Shown here piece by piece: positions 31,155-42,828 of a stretch of 64,000 nt of DNA. The stretch's first letter is position 1; each line of letters starts with the position of its first letter. Origin of the DNA: Anthoceros angustus (taxonomy: Eukaryota; Plantae; Anthocerotophyta); NCBI GenBank assembly GCA_010909165.1, contig MU008169.1:1798001-1862000 (forward strand), given 5' to 3'. The notes beneath the pieces are model-generated. The model was not told the DNA's origin. It saw only the letters and a program-made list of their open reading frames with translations, and searched no databases. Both the position numbers and the translations under genes were made by a program.

Positions 31155-33365
31155 ATGGGGCCGGCGAGGGAGGGCAGTGGCGGGGGGGCGGGGACCGGCT
31201 GCGGATCGGAGACCGATGGCGGTGACTCCTGGGCGGCGCCCGCTCCCGGCCCAGCGGCTGCGGGCAGGGGTGTACAAGCAGGGGATCTGGACGCTGCAGG
31301 AGCTGCTCGTCCTGCAGGGGTGCGGCGGGAGGACATCGTGCGGAGGAAGGAGGGCTTCGAGCGGCAGCTCAAGGAGGCCTGGCGCAGAAGGAGCTCAAGT
31401 CTAGGGTGGAGCGGTGGCAGGAGATCGAGGAGGCCTGCTGGGCGAGGGGCGTGCACCGCAGCGCGGAGCAGTGCCAGTCCCGGTGGGAGTACATGAGCCG
31501 GGAGTGGAGAAGGATCAACCGCCATGAGAGCAGCTGCACCAGGTTCGGGGAGCCGTCGTACTGGGCCATGTCGGCCGGGGAGAGGACGCACCGGGGGCTC
31601 GTGTCTAATTTCCCCTACGAGCTCTACCAGGCCCTGCTGGAGTGGGTGGGGAAGCTCACCAGGAACGTGCACTTCCACCAGTGCCCCGGGACTGCTGATG
31701 CTGCGCACTCGGCTGGATGTACAGGTGAGGTGTGGTTTGGTTTAGGGTTTGGGTTAGGGTTTCGTGATGGGGGCGGAGCTGATGTTGTTCGTGGTGGCAG
31801 AGAGCTCGACCAGTGATGTGCACGGGGGGTACGGTGAGTGCCAGGTGATGGATGGGAATGTGGAGTGTGGGGCTATATCGAGTGCCAGGCAGAGCAGCTC
31901 AGGTGAGCACAGTGGGGGTGGGCAAGGGCATTTTTCTCCCGGGTTGCCAGCTCCTGGGCCTTATCATTTCCCGCATTTGGGTTCGTTTCCACCACCGTGT
32001 GTTCCTGGTGGGATGTTCCCACCCTTGCCTTACCCGCCTATGCCATGGCCTCATCCGTCGTACCCCATGCACCCCGGGTATTTCCAGCAGCCAGTGATGG
32101 CGCCCTGCGCACCTATGGCTGGTCAGGTTCCGGGGGCGGGGCCGCCGTCTTGTGCTGCTGGCTTCCTGCCTGGAGACTGCTCTTCTCCCTGCGGGCACTC
32201 TGGTGTGGGAGGTTGCAGAGGTGGGACTGCTTGTTCCAGTTCCTCGTTCCGCCCGTGTGTCTGTGCTTCTCGTGGGGCCGGGCAGAGTAATGTAGGGAGT
32301 GGGCATGCTGCAGCTTGGGCTGGTTGTTGCCAGCAGCCGGTTAAGGGGTCGGATTCAGCTGCTGTCTGTCCCTCAGCGGTGTCTCCCAATAAGCCTGGAC
32401 AGCCGGCACCTCAGCCGACACAGCAGAAGTCGCCGCCTGATGCTGGTGAGTCGGTCACTGCAACCCAGTTTCCACAAGGACCTGGCGATGTTATGCAATC
32501 TTGCCACCCAGGTTGGAAGGTGGGACCCAGTGGCGCTGTTTTTGGTGGTCAACAATGCTCTGCCTGTTCCTCGGGCGGTTTCTTCCCGACGAATTTCGTC
32601 CGGCCTCCATCACCCTTCTTTTATGGTTCTCCCGTTTACTTGCCTTATCCTTGTCCGAGATGTAATATGAATCCTTGGGCTTTTAGCTATCAGCCCCCTC
32701 CACACAGCGGGCATTCTGGTTGCCCTGCTCAAGCTCCTGGCCCTGCATCATGGCAAAAACCGGAGGAAAGGCCTCCAGAGAAGGCAAGACAGGTGCTGTA
32801 TCCAAGGGGAGTTTCAACCAACGCGGATGGTGCTGATATTACTGACGCAGTTTTATGTGATGGAGGTATCACTCCGTTCCAGGAACCCCAATTACGGTAA
32901 GATCCAACTGATCCCTTGTCTCATTTTTCTCTCAGTCCCTTGTACAAAGTGTGGGTTGTCAATTTGTGCAACGGTTGTGTGAAGGGATACGGATGGGGAC
33001 ACTCACGAAGTAGAGGAGGCACAATACGAGGACGAGCCACGGTTCGTCATGACTGAAGAATGGGCCGAGTTTTTTGCCCGATCCGAGGCCCGTCGTCGTG
33101 AAAGTAAGCGCCAGTTCGCCTGAATGATCAGCAGTGCAGTAGCAAAGGTTGTCTGAACGCACGCGCTTTTGCAGGAAAACGGCAACAAAAAATGGAGGCC
33201 AAGGCTGCGAGGAAGTCTCCGAGGGGTGGTTTACCGTCCCAAGAGGTGGACCGGCCATATCTTGCGGATTCTGAGGTTAATGTAGATAATATAGTCTCTG
33301 GTGATGTTAATCAGGCCCTCGGCAATACTAGTCATCCAGATTCTCAGTTGTACATTGATTTGTAG
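31155..33365 (+). CDS. Trihelix (Myb/SANT-like, ASR3/SH4-type) transcription factor with Pro/Cys-rich middle and charged C-terminal motif; at least 2 frameshifts in this assembly
   Basis: YKQGIWTLQELLVLQ / VRREDIVRR / ERWQEIEEACWARGVHRSAEQCQSRWEYMSREWRRINRHE..SYWAM...LVSNFPYELYQAL lie in three frames separated by single-G losses. Later exons end FVMTEEWAEFFARSEARRRE-RKRQQK...LYIDL* (stop 33363-33365). Start uncertain. Confidence 0.75.
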
Positions 33366-33492
33366 GAATGAGGTTTGCAATTGCAAATTCGCACTTGAAG
33401 ATCAAAAGGTGTATGAGTGTAGAAAAGAGTGTAGAAAAAAACTATGACTGTAGAAACCGCAAATGTCCATCGAGAATTTCCAGAAGAACCTG

Positions 33493-35549
33493 TTACGAGT
33501 GTCGTCTTTTCTTGCTCAGTTCAACATAATCTTCCCACTTTCGATGGTCTAGCTCCCTAAGGTCATCAAGCTGCGCAATAGCTAACAAGTAACGAGAGAG
33601 GTGTAGAAGTTCCTGATCTGACGACCGATTAAGATGGGCTTTCCGAAATGGTCTGATCACGAGACCGTTCTGTGGATTCATTACGTAATTCCTCGCTAGA
33701 TCATCGAACATAATGGTGTTGCCAGGGTGGTAAAACTGCAGGAGATGAAAGCCAAGAACGAGGTTAGAATGGGGATACATGATGGAGAATCGGAGCATGT
33801 CCTGAAAGTGAACTAAAAAGTCCTGGCTTTTACCTCTGGAAACTTCCCCCACAAGACACCTAGAGGCTTACAATCAAAGACACCGAGGGTATCCGATTGG
33901 ACTGTGATCATAGCAAGGTGGTCAAGCAGTGCAGTAATCTTGTAGTCGGAATGGCTAAGGACACCTAGCTCTTTCATCTTCACTTCTACCCATTTCATGC
34001 TGAGATAACGGACAGGTTAGAATACGATTCAGATACATCTAATATAAACTACGCAGGAAACCGGCAACGTTCACAAGCCTCACCTTGTTGCTGACCAGAT
34101 AACAATGTCATACTCTGTGTAGGCAGCTGCAAGAAATTCATGGAGATCTGCCATGACATCACTGTGAGTTCATTGCCGACCCTCTCAAACACTCGCAATA
34201 TGCCCTGCTTTCCTGCCACTAACAGCTTGTCACCATTGCCAGTATAGAAGAATCTGACAGACAAGTAAGGCCAATACAGTGACAGCAGAATCTACATGGA
34301 TACCATCAATAAGGCAGGTCCAGGCAATCGAGACTTACAAGGCCGCATGAGCTCACGAGGGTTCTCGGCCTTGGAGCGATGATCAAAAAGCGTGTAGTCA
34401 ATGTCCAACACAAGCAATTTCTTTCCCTCCCGACAAGGGTTCAGCAATGATATCTGTCAGTTGCAAAGTCACCCATGAGCTTCCAACCCATCTTGGCGGT
34501 TTGCCACACATATTCTGGACCCAACACACTGAACTCACCTTATATTGCTCCACCCGGCGTCGGATTTTCTGTTTGTTAACGTCCCTGTCCTGAATATAGA
34601 CGACATCTTCATCTCCAATTTCGAAATCATCAAGTACTTGAGGTGCATCCACAGGATCCACAAGAATCTCATCTTCCACAGTGCTGGAAAATCGAGTGTT
34701 AGAGTCTGCAAGGACAAAGATCACAGAAGAGATAGTCCACACAGGATCTTAGAGAGCTGCTTTATAGCCTCTTGAGCAGAATAGAGCCACCAATTAGCTA
34801 GGAGCGGCGAGCGTTCCCTCCCTTACAGAGAAGCCAAAGCAGAGACAGACAGGAAGCACCACTCCCAAAAACAGCTTGCCCAAAGAGCTTTTAAGCCTAG
34901 GGCAGATATCAGCAAAACCTAAACTCATCAACAACCACACATCGACCCACTCAAGCTCAATACACAACTTCCAGGTACAACGACCCTGACTGCCAAGAAG
35001 AAGCTCCATTTGCATCCATATATCCGGCACCACTCCGCTACACTGCAACGGATACAGTGCAACGGTAAGCTACAGCTCAGTACACTCTACGCCTATCACA
35101 CCTTCAGTGTGCCGCGGATTAACCTTTCTCGCGGAATACCACGTTGCTCTATTCCTGGAAGAGACAACGCTCGGCCTAAGGCGAAGTCTCAGCTAACGCA
35201 CCATGCAGATCCACCCCTACGCGACCTCAACAACCGCAGCCACATTCCACCACCCGGCCAGCTAAACCTATCCGAGAACTGCTTACCCCATCATCATGAT
35301 CTTCATTCCAGGCTTCAGATTCAAATCCGCCAGCAGAGACGCGTCCGTGGCTGGCTTGGACCCCGCCTTCACGTTCAGCAGCTTCTGCCGCTTTGGCAGC
35401 ACACTTGTAACCTCACAGATCCGCCGCTTCAACTCTCCCACTGTATCATCTGCGCACACTCTGACCGTGTAGTCCTTCCCTGCCCATTTCACCGCCAGGG
35501 TCACCTCCTCCTCGCTGCCTGGACTCAGCGCGCCGCTCCCGGACGCCAT
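33493..35549 (-). CDS. UBLCP1: Ubiquitin-like domain-containing CTD phosphatase 1, multi-exon
   Basis: UBL exon [40 protein letters not shown]; HAD motif [17 protein letters not shown]; [11 protein letters not shown]; [32 protein letters not shown] at 35547-35549. Confidence 0.93.
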
Positions 35550-36001
35550 CGCCACCGTGCAGCCCGGTACCCAGGAAAGACACGTTTGAGACGTGAAACG
35601 ATGAAACGCTGAAAAAACGTTGAAACGCGCCCGGCTCGGTTACCACTCGCAATTACTGCTACAACTGGCCAGCAGACTGGAGGTCGCCAAAGACTCGCAT
35701 TCGCCTTCCAGTGTAAGAAGTTCTTCGCCAGAACAGACGTCCGGGCGCTGTAGCAATGCGGGAGCGGAAGCGAATGTGCATGCTTCTGGAGCATCGAATT
35801 TTGAGACGCACAGACGAATTGCTTGTTAGGGTAAAGGCTAGGGCAGGGATGCCTATAGTTTCTGCAAATTTAGGTTTTCGTGCAATCGCTTTGCTTTTCC
35901 TGGACACGCTTCTTCTGGAACAGGTCACACCGATACGATTACCGCGCGGTGGACTGGCCGTCGTGTGTCGGGAAGGCTGCGCCCACGCGCGTCTGGGAGC
36001 C

Positions 36002-38229
36002 GGCCGAGCTAGCCATGACGACCGAGGATACCTGGTCTGAGAAATTCTCCCAACAGGGTGGTGAGGAGGATGATGCGGCCAACGAGTCCTGGGCCGACAA
36101 GTTCTCTGATGTGCAAGCGGATGGCCCTCGTAAGGAGGATGCAGACACGAAGCCAGCACAGGAGGAGGCTGCTGCAGTCAAGCTGGCTGAACTGGATCTG
36201 AACAGGGAGGCGCAAGGTGGGTGGATGAGGTCAAGGGCGTGCTGAATTGGTGAGAAGGATTGTTTGAGGAGGAGGGGGAGTGGAGTGAGCTGGATGGAGG
36301 ATGGCGTTACGGGATTGGGGTCATTCGTGTAGGGTTGGGACTTGAACCCGGGGTTTTGCCATGTGGAGGCTCTGTATGCTTAATTTCGGTGGTCTTGCTT
36401 TCCTAGATGCTGATGAGCGTGAGGAGGTTGTGCCTCGTGAGGTCACTGAGGAAGGAGCCGGGGACCACGAGCATCGGACAAGCCTGTTGAGGCTCCGGAA
36501 GAGCCGAGCGACAACAGAAAGCATGTGAACGTGGTTTTCATCGGTCATGTCGGTAGGTTTGGGGGCTCGTTTGTTCTTCTGTAGGCGTCGTTTTGTGTGT
36601 TGAAGAGGTGGCCCGTTGGAGGGATTTCAACCGTGCGCCGATATTACTGCTCAGATGCGGGAAGTCCACTATTGGAGGACAGACACTTTACTTGAGTAAC
36701 ATGGTTGATGAGCGCACCATCCAGAAGTATGAGCGTGAAGCCAAAGAAAAGAATCGGGAGAGCTGGTACTTTGGGATCCGTCACCAATCGCTGATCACGG
36801 AACCAGAATCTCTCGTGCATCACTTTCTGGATTTGTTGAATGTCCACGGGCATCGTGAGGGGCTTCTAAGTTTTAATTTATGGATGATGCCTATCAGGTA
36901 CATGGCTTACATCATGGACACCAATGAAGAAGAGCGTGCAAAGGTTTGATGCTTTGTATGTGTGCATGGTTTTCCGTCAGTAGTTTGAGTAGTTCGAGTA
37001 CAAGTTTCTTTTAATGGGGAGCTGTACACGAACTTTTCCTTTGACCAAAGGGTTTCATTTCCTCCTCTATTGATATGCCATATCACTTTGCAGGGTAAGA
37101 CTGTGGAGGTTGGCCGAGCTAGCCATGACGACCGAGGATACCTGGTCTGAGAAATTCTCCCAACAGGGTGGTGAGGAGGATGATGCGGCCAACGAGTCCT
37201 GGGCCGACAAGTTCTCTGATGTGCAAGCGGATGGCCCTCGTAAGGAGGATGCAGACACGAAGCCAGCACAGGAGGAGGCTGCTGCAGTCAAGCTGGCTGA
37301 ACTGGATCTGAACAGGGAGGCGCAAGGTGGGTGGATGAGGTCAAGGGCGTGCTGAATTGGTGAGAAGGATTGTTTGAGGAGGAGGGGGAGTGGAGTGGAG
37401 CTGGATGGAGGATGGCGTTACGGGATTGGGGTCATTCGTGTAGGGTTGGGACTTGAACCCGGGGGTTTTGCCATGTGGAGGCTCTGTATGCTTAATTTCG
37501 GTGGTCTTGCTTTCCTAGATGCTGATGAGCGTGAGGAGGTTGTGCCTCGTGAGGTCACTGAGGAAGGAGCCGGGGACCACGAGCATCGGGACAAGCCTGT
37601 TGAGGCTCCGGAAGAGCCGAGCGACAACAGAAAGCATGTGAACGTGGTTTTCATCGGTCATGTCGGTAGGTTTGGGGGCTCGTTTGTTCTTCTGTAGGCG
37701 TCGTTTTGTGTGTTGAAGAGGTGGCCCGTTGGAGGGATTTCAACCGTGCGCCGATATTACTGCTCAGATGCGGGGAAGTCCACTATTGGAGGACAGACAC
37801 TTTACTTGAGTAACATGGTTGATGAGCGCACCATCCAGAAGTATGAGCGTGAAGCCAAAGAAAAGAATCGGGAGAGCTGGTACTTTGGGATCCGTCACCA
37901 ATCGCTGATCACGGAACCAGAATCTCTCGTGCATCACTTTCTGGATTTGTTGAATGTCCACGGGCATCGTGAGGGGCTTCTTAAGTTTTAATTTATGGAT
38001 GATGCCTATCAGGTACATGGCTTACATCATGGACACCAATGAAGAAGAGCGTGCAAAGGTTTGATGCTTTGTATGTGTGCATGGTTTTCCGTCAGTAGTT
38101 TGAGTAGTTCGAGTACAAGTTTCTTTAATGTGGGGAGCTGTACACCGAACTTTTCCTTTTGACCAAAGGGTTTCATTTCCTCCTCTATTGATATGCCATA
38201 TCACTTTGCAGGGTAAGACTGTGGAGGTT
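36002..38229 (+). repeat. Tandem duplication (~1.11 kb x2) of the eRF3 5' region, bounded by 9-bp microhomology GGCCGAGCT
   Basis: 36002-37111 and 37112-38229 are near-identical and differ by small indels. GGCCGAGCT lies at 36002, 37112 and 38230. Confidence 0.92.
36015..37111 (+). pseudogene. Truncated upstream copy of eRF3 exons 1-5, frameshifted as assembled
   Basis: [10 protein letters not shown]... through GKTVEVGRA, then runs out of frame into the 5' UTR of copy 2. Single-G losses (CATCGGACA vs CATCGGGACA; GATGCGGGAAG vs GATGCGGGGAAG). Confidence 0.7.
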
Positions 38230-40449
38230 GGCCGAGCTCATTTTGAGACGGAGAAATCTAGATTTACTATTTTGGATGCTCCGGTGGGCTCCCTTTCTTT
38301 AACCTAAGTTGTTTGATGGCTCTCGCTTTCTAGAGAATGTGTTAGCTATCGGAGATGCTATGTTTGTTTGTTTGGAAGTGTTGGGTTAGACTGACATTTC
38401 TCCCTTCATATAGGGACATAAAAACTATGTGCCAAATATGATTGCCGGTGCCTCACAGGCCGATGTTGGAGTTCTGGTTAGTTGTGCAACTCTTGTTACA
38501 ACTCTTTAGAGCACTTGGCCTTTCGCAATGAAAGGTTCGATGATGGCTGACTTTTGTTGGTGCTCTAGGTGGTTGCTGCTCGACGAGGAGAATTTGAGAC
38601 TGGCTTTGAGAGAGGAGGCCAGACGCGAGAGCATGCACAACTAGCAAAGACACTAGGTGTATCAAAGTTGCTGGTGGTGGTCAACAAGATGGATGACCCT
38701 TCAGTGGAATGGTCCAAAGAAAGGTTTGGACCTCAGACAGACTGATTTCTAGGTTTATGCACACCTGTCTGTACATCTTATCGCAATGCTGATCTTGATC
38801 GGTTCTTGATTGCAGGTTTGATGAGATTGAGAAAAAGATAACACCATTCTTACGGTCGTGTGGGTACAATGTAAAGAAAGGTGAGTGAAACAGTGTGCAG
38901 CTACCTCACAAGATTCTGGTGGAATTTGTTAAGCGGATCTTTGATTGTTGACACCCCATTTTTGAATGCAGACGTTTCATTTCTGCCAATTTCTGGGCTT
39001 TTGGGTATTAACATGAAGACAAGGATGGGCAAAGACATATGTCCCTGGTATGATGGGCCCTGTCTCTTTGAAGCGCTTGATGCAGTAGAGCTTCCAGAAA
39101 GAGATGACAGTGGTCCTTTCAGGTACTCCACCTGTGCAGACATGAGAATTCCTCCCGTGCCTCCTGGTCTTGGTATGATTCTAGTATGGCTAATACGTTT
39201 AGCATGTGATTGCAGAATGCCTCTTATTGACAAGTACAGGGATATGGGAACCGTTGTAATGGGCAAAATAGAGTCTGGAAGTGTGCGACGAGGGGACAGC
39301 TTGTTGGTGATGCCGAACAAGGTATCTGATTACGTTTTAAGCTAATTTGTTGACAGCTTGTTGGTGACGTTTGTTGGCGTCTGATTATGTTGATCTCAAA
39401 CCAACTTGTTTGTGTGTGCCGGTTGTCCCTGTTGACTGTGGAGGCTCATCATGTATTCTGTCCTTGAGCACAGGCCAATGTGAAAGTGGTCACAATATAC
39501 AGAGACAATGATGAGGTTTCTTATGCTAGACCTGGGGAGAACCTTCGGATCAGAATATCTGGGGTGGAGGAGGAAGATATCTCACCTGGTTTTGTACTTT
39601 CGAGTTTGAGTAAATATCCAGCACTTGCCTCACTGCACTACATGTAGATAGTTTGCCTGATGCTGCCTATCAATTCAAACTGATGTGGAACTGGGGGTAT
39701 CTGATCAGTAGTTCTTCGAGCGATATGGGCTGACTGAATTGTGAATTGTCGATGTGGCTGACTGAGTTGTTGATTGTGGTACAGCCAAGCCAATAACTGC
39801 TGTTTTGGAGTTCGATGCCCAGCTACAAATACTTGAGCTTCTTGATCACAAGGTGGCCTGTCTTGGATGAAGTAGCCCAGCCATGGGCTTTTTGAGCTAG
39901 GGTTTATGCACGGTGCAAAGATCTATACTCCTGCATGTACAGACCTTTGCTTGCGGGTCGTGTCCTAAAGGTCACATTGTGTATGCAGGCTATCTTCACA
40001 GCAGGTTATAAGGCTGTCCTACATGTCCACTCTGTTGTAGAGGAATGTGAGATCATTGAGATCTTACAACAGATTGACCCAAAGACAAGAAAGCCGATGA
40101 GGAAGAAAGTTCTCTTTGTCAAGAGTGGGGCCGTTGTGGTTGTTCGTATTCAGGTACTATTTTCACTGCCAAATCTGATGGGAGTGATGACTTGTCCTAA
40201 CTGTTTTACGCTCTGAACGATACTAATAGAACTTTAATATCATGCAAGGTGAATGAGCTCATCTGTGTGGAGAAGTTTGAAGACTTTCCTCAGCTGGGGC
40301 GTTTCACTCTTCGTGATGAAGGTTGTTCTCGCCTTACTTATTGAGTGCATCTGCTGCGTCTCTTGGGATGGTCGTGCTCTTACATCTCTGGTACTACAGG
40401 CAAGACGGTGGCGATTGGTAAGGTGGTAAAGCTATCCACTCAGGACTGA
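37125..40449 (+). CDS. eRF3: Eukaryotic peptide chain release factor 3 (eRF3/SUP35/GSPT), multi-exon
   Basis: [150 protein letters not shown] (stop 40447-40449). Confidence 0.95.
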
Positions 40450-41633
40450 CGCCAGTCTATCTAATCAGCTAAGCTCCAAGTCGGCTGATTCCATACTTCA
40501 TGGTACCCAAATGTGTGAAAAGGTTTTTGCTCTTTTGGCTCAGTGCCGTTGTCACAACGTTTATTAATCTACCTAGTTTTGCTGACGGTACAGGAATCAA
40601 TTAAGGGCCACCAGCTTTTGGACTCCTGGTGAGCCGCTTGGAGCTGTCAGTCGCGGTATCTCTTGAAGTGCCCCCCCGCAGATTTAACCGTGAGCAAAGC
40701 AGGAGGTATGAAATCCTTTCTTTATCCAAGTCTCATGACCATGGAGGTTTGTCCATGCGGCAAGAAGTAATAGGAAGGGGAGATCAGGTTGGAGTCGTCG
40801 ACTGGTCACACGGACCCAAGAAAGCAGCACAGTGGCGGGCATGACCTTGGGAGACACTCAACCAACAAGTGAAGTTTGATCTAGATTACACCTTAAGAGT
40901 CAGAGGTACTAGTGGTCCACGTTCCAGACGAGAGCGGCCACCGTGGAGTCGGGCATGGGGAATCGGAGAAGCTGTATTGGTTTCTCTGCAGGCCTTGCAA
41001 TCTAGCCGTGGCGAACTGTTTAGCGACACGGAGCCACTGCCTACAATTTTTCCTTTTGCTTCCTTAGAGGCGTTTTTCCCTTCCCCAGCGTGGGTGACGA
41101 TACTGCCTACCTTTTCCATTCAGGGAAATAAAGTACCTGCTGAAGACACGTATACGACTCAGGAACAGCTTGCTCGATCAGCAGTCTGCCGGAATGATAA
41201 TTGTATTGGGTAGGTACTCATCGATGCAAACATTCTACATCTGTTTTGTAATGAAGGCTGTCATTAAGTGATTAGGTACCACTCGCATTGTTCTCAGGGT
41301 CGGGGAGTTTAGTGTGTGTCTGTTGTTTATTAGGCGCAAGAGAAGATAGAAATTGGGTGATATTGGGGGAAGTGGGAAAAGGGGTTTATCTGCAGTTGTG
41401 GCTGGTACGCGCTCCACCCCCCAATTGGCTCCTAGCCTATCCCCTTCCGGTGCCTTATCCAGGAAGGGGCCAAGCGTCTGGCCAAACCAAACCCCTGCCC
41501 CCTTTTGCTCTGTCAAACTCGGTTGCACATCTCCCGCCGTGTTGCCTTGACTTCACTCCGCCTCACGCCCGGAGCGTGCGTGCATTTCTCCCGCCCCATC
41601 CAGCAAGCCGCGAAGCTACCGAAACCAGGAGCG

Positions 41634-42196
41634 ATGGCGTGCGCAGCTGCTGTCACCGTGGCCGTGGCGCCCGCCGTGTTGGCGCAGCAGAGCAGCCGGG
41701 CCATGCCCGCGCACCAGGGCCTGGCCATGGCCGCCCCGACCAAGCGGACGAGGCTGGTGGCCGCCTCCGGCAGCCGCGTCGTCATGAGGTAGGCACACAA
41801 TGCAATGCCATTGTGCTATACTATGCTGCCGCTCCAGGGACCGGAAGGGGGAGGAAAGTTCCAACTCTAGCCTCAGTTTCTGTTCCGGAGGAGAATGGAC
41901 GCCTCAGTGTTGTGTCCGCAAAAATTCTGCTCCCTCTGTACAGTCTCTAATTCCGTGCCATGTGCTGGATTCTGTGCAGCGCCGCGCCTCAAAAGCAGCA
42001 CAATGAAGCTGGCCTCACAGCCCTAGCTCTGCTGGCTGCCGCCGTCTTGCCTGAGATCGCTGAGGCCGCGCAACCAGGAGTGTCGCCGTCGCTCAAGAAC
42101 CTGCTGCTCAGCGTTCTGGCTGGAGGTGTGGTGTTGTCTGCCATCGGTGTTGCCGTTGCTGGAGTGTCCACCTTCGACCCTATCAAGAGGCGGTGA
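41634..42196 (+). CDS. psbX: Photosystem II subunit X precursor (nuclear), 2 exons
   Basis: Bipartite transit peptide ending in AEA, then [41 protein letters not shown]. One intron GTAGGC...TGTGCAG. Confidence 0.92.
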
Positions 42197-42828
42197 TTGA
42201 TTGCCTAGGAATCGGATTTTGCCGCTCCGGATCGGAATCCCCCATGCTTGTACAAGATCTGCTGTAATACATTCGGATTTTTTCTTAGACATTTGTAAAT
42301 CTGAGGCGAGCAGGGGCCTTCATCGGGCTACGCAACTGTATTCGCCGACATCTCAACTCAAACATGTAAATCGGATTTACTTGCAAGCATCTGTGGCATG
42401 CCACTCACTCCACTTCCTTCTTACCATGCCTCCTTTCCTGTCCCGTCATTCGCCATCACACTCTTGCTTGAAAGTTGAGTCCTTGTTTCAATTGTGGAGG
42501 AAATTGGAGGAGCAAATGACGCTCAATGACTTTCCAAGAACAAAATGTAGGATCGCAACCCTACCAAATCCTTTCGGAACAGCATCTGGCTGGCTGATCC
42601 GCTTCGTCTTCAAGCCTGGACTGAGCGGCCGGCTGAACGCGCGCTGAGCTACATCTGTTTCGGATAATGCAACCACAAGCAGAGCTCAGGACCACTGCAG
42701 GCCTAGAGGGGATCGAGCCGAGTGACCGGGTGAGCTGAACTTGGAGGCCAGCCAGAACCGTCCGCAAGCCAAGGCCATATGTGAGGGAGCAGTCGAAAGG
42801 CGTGGAAGGTACTTGGAATCCGGCAGCT

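Noticed and set aside
40600-41550. Short ORFs between eRF3 and psbX
   Set aside because: No domains, codon pattern or splice support; treated as intergenic or UTR.
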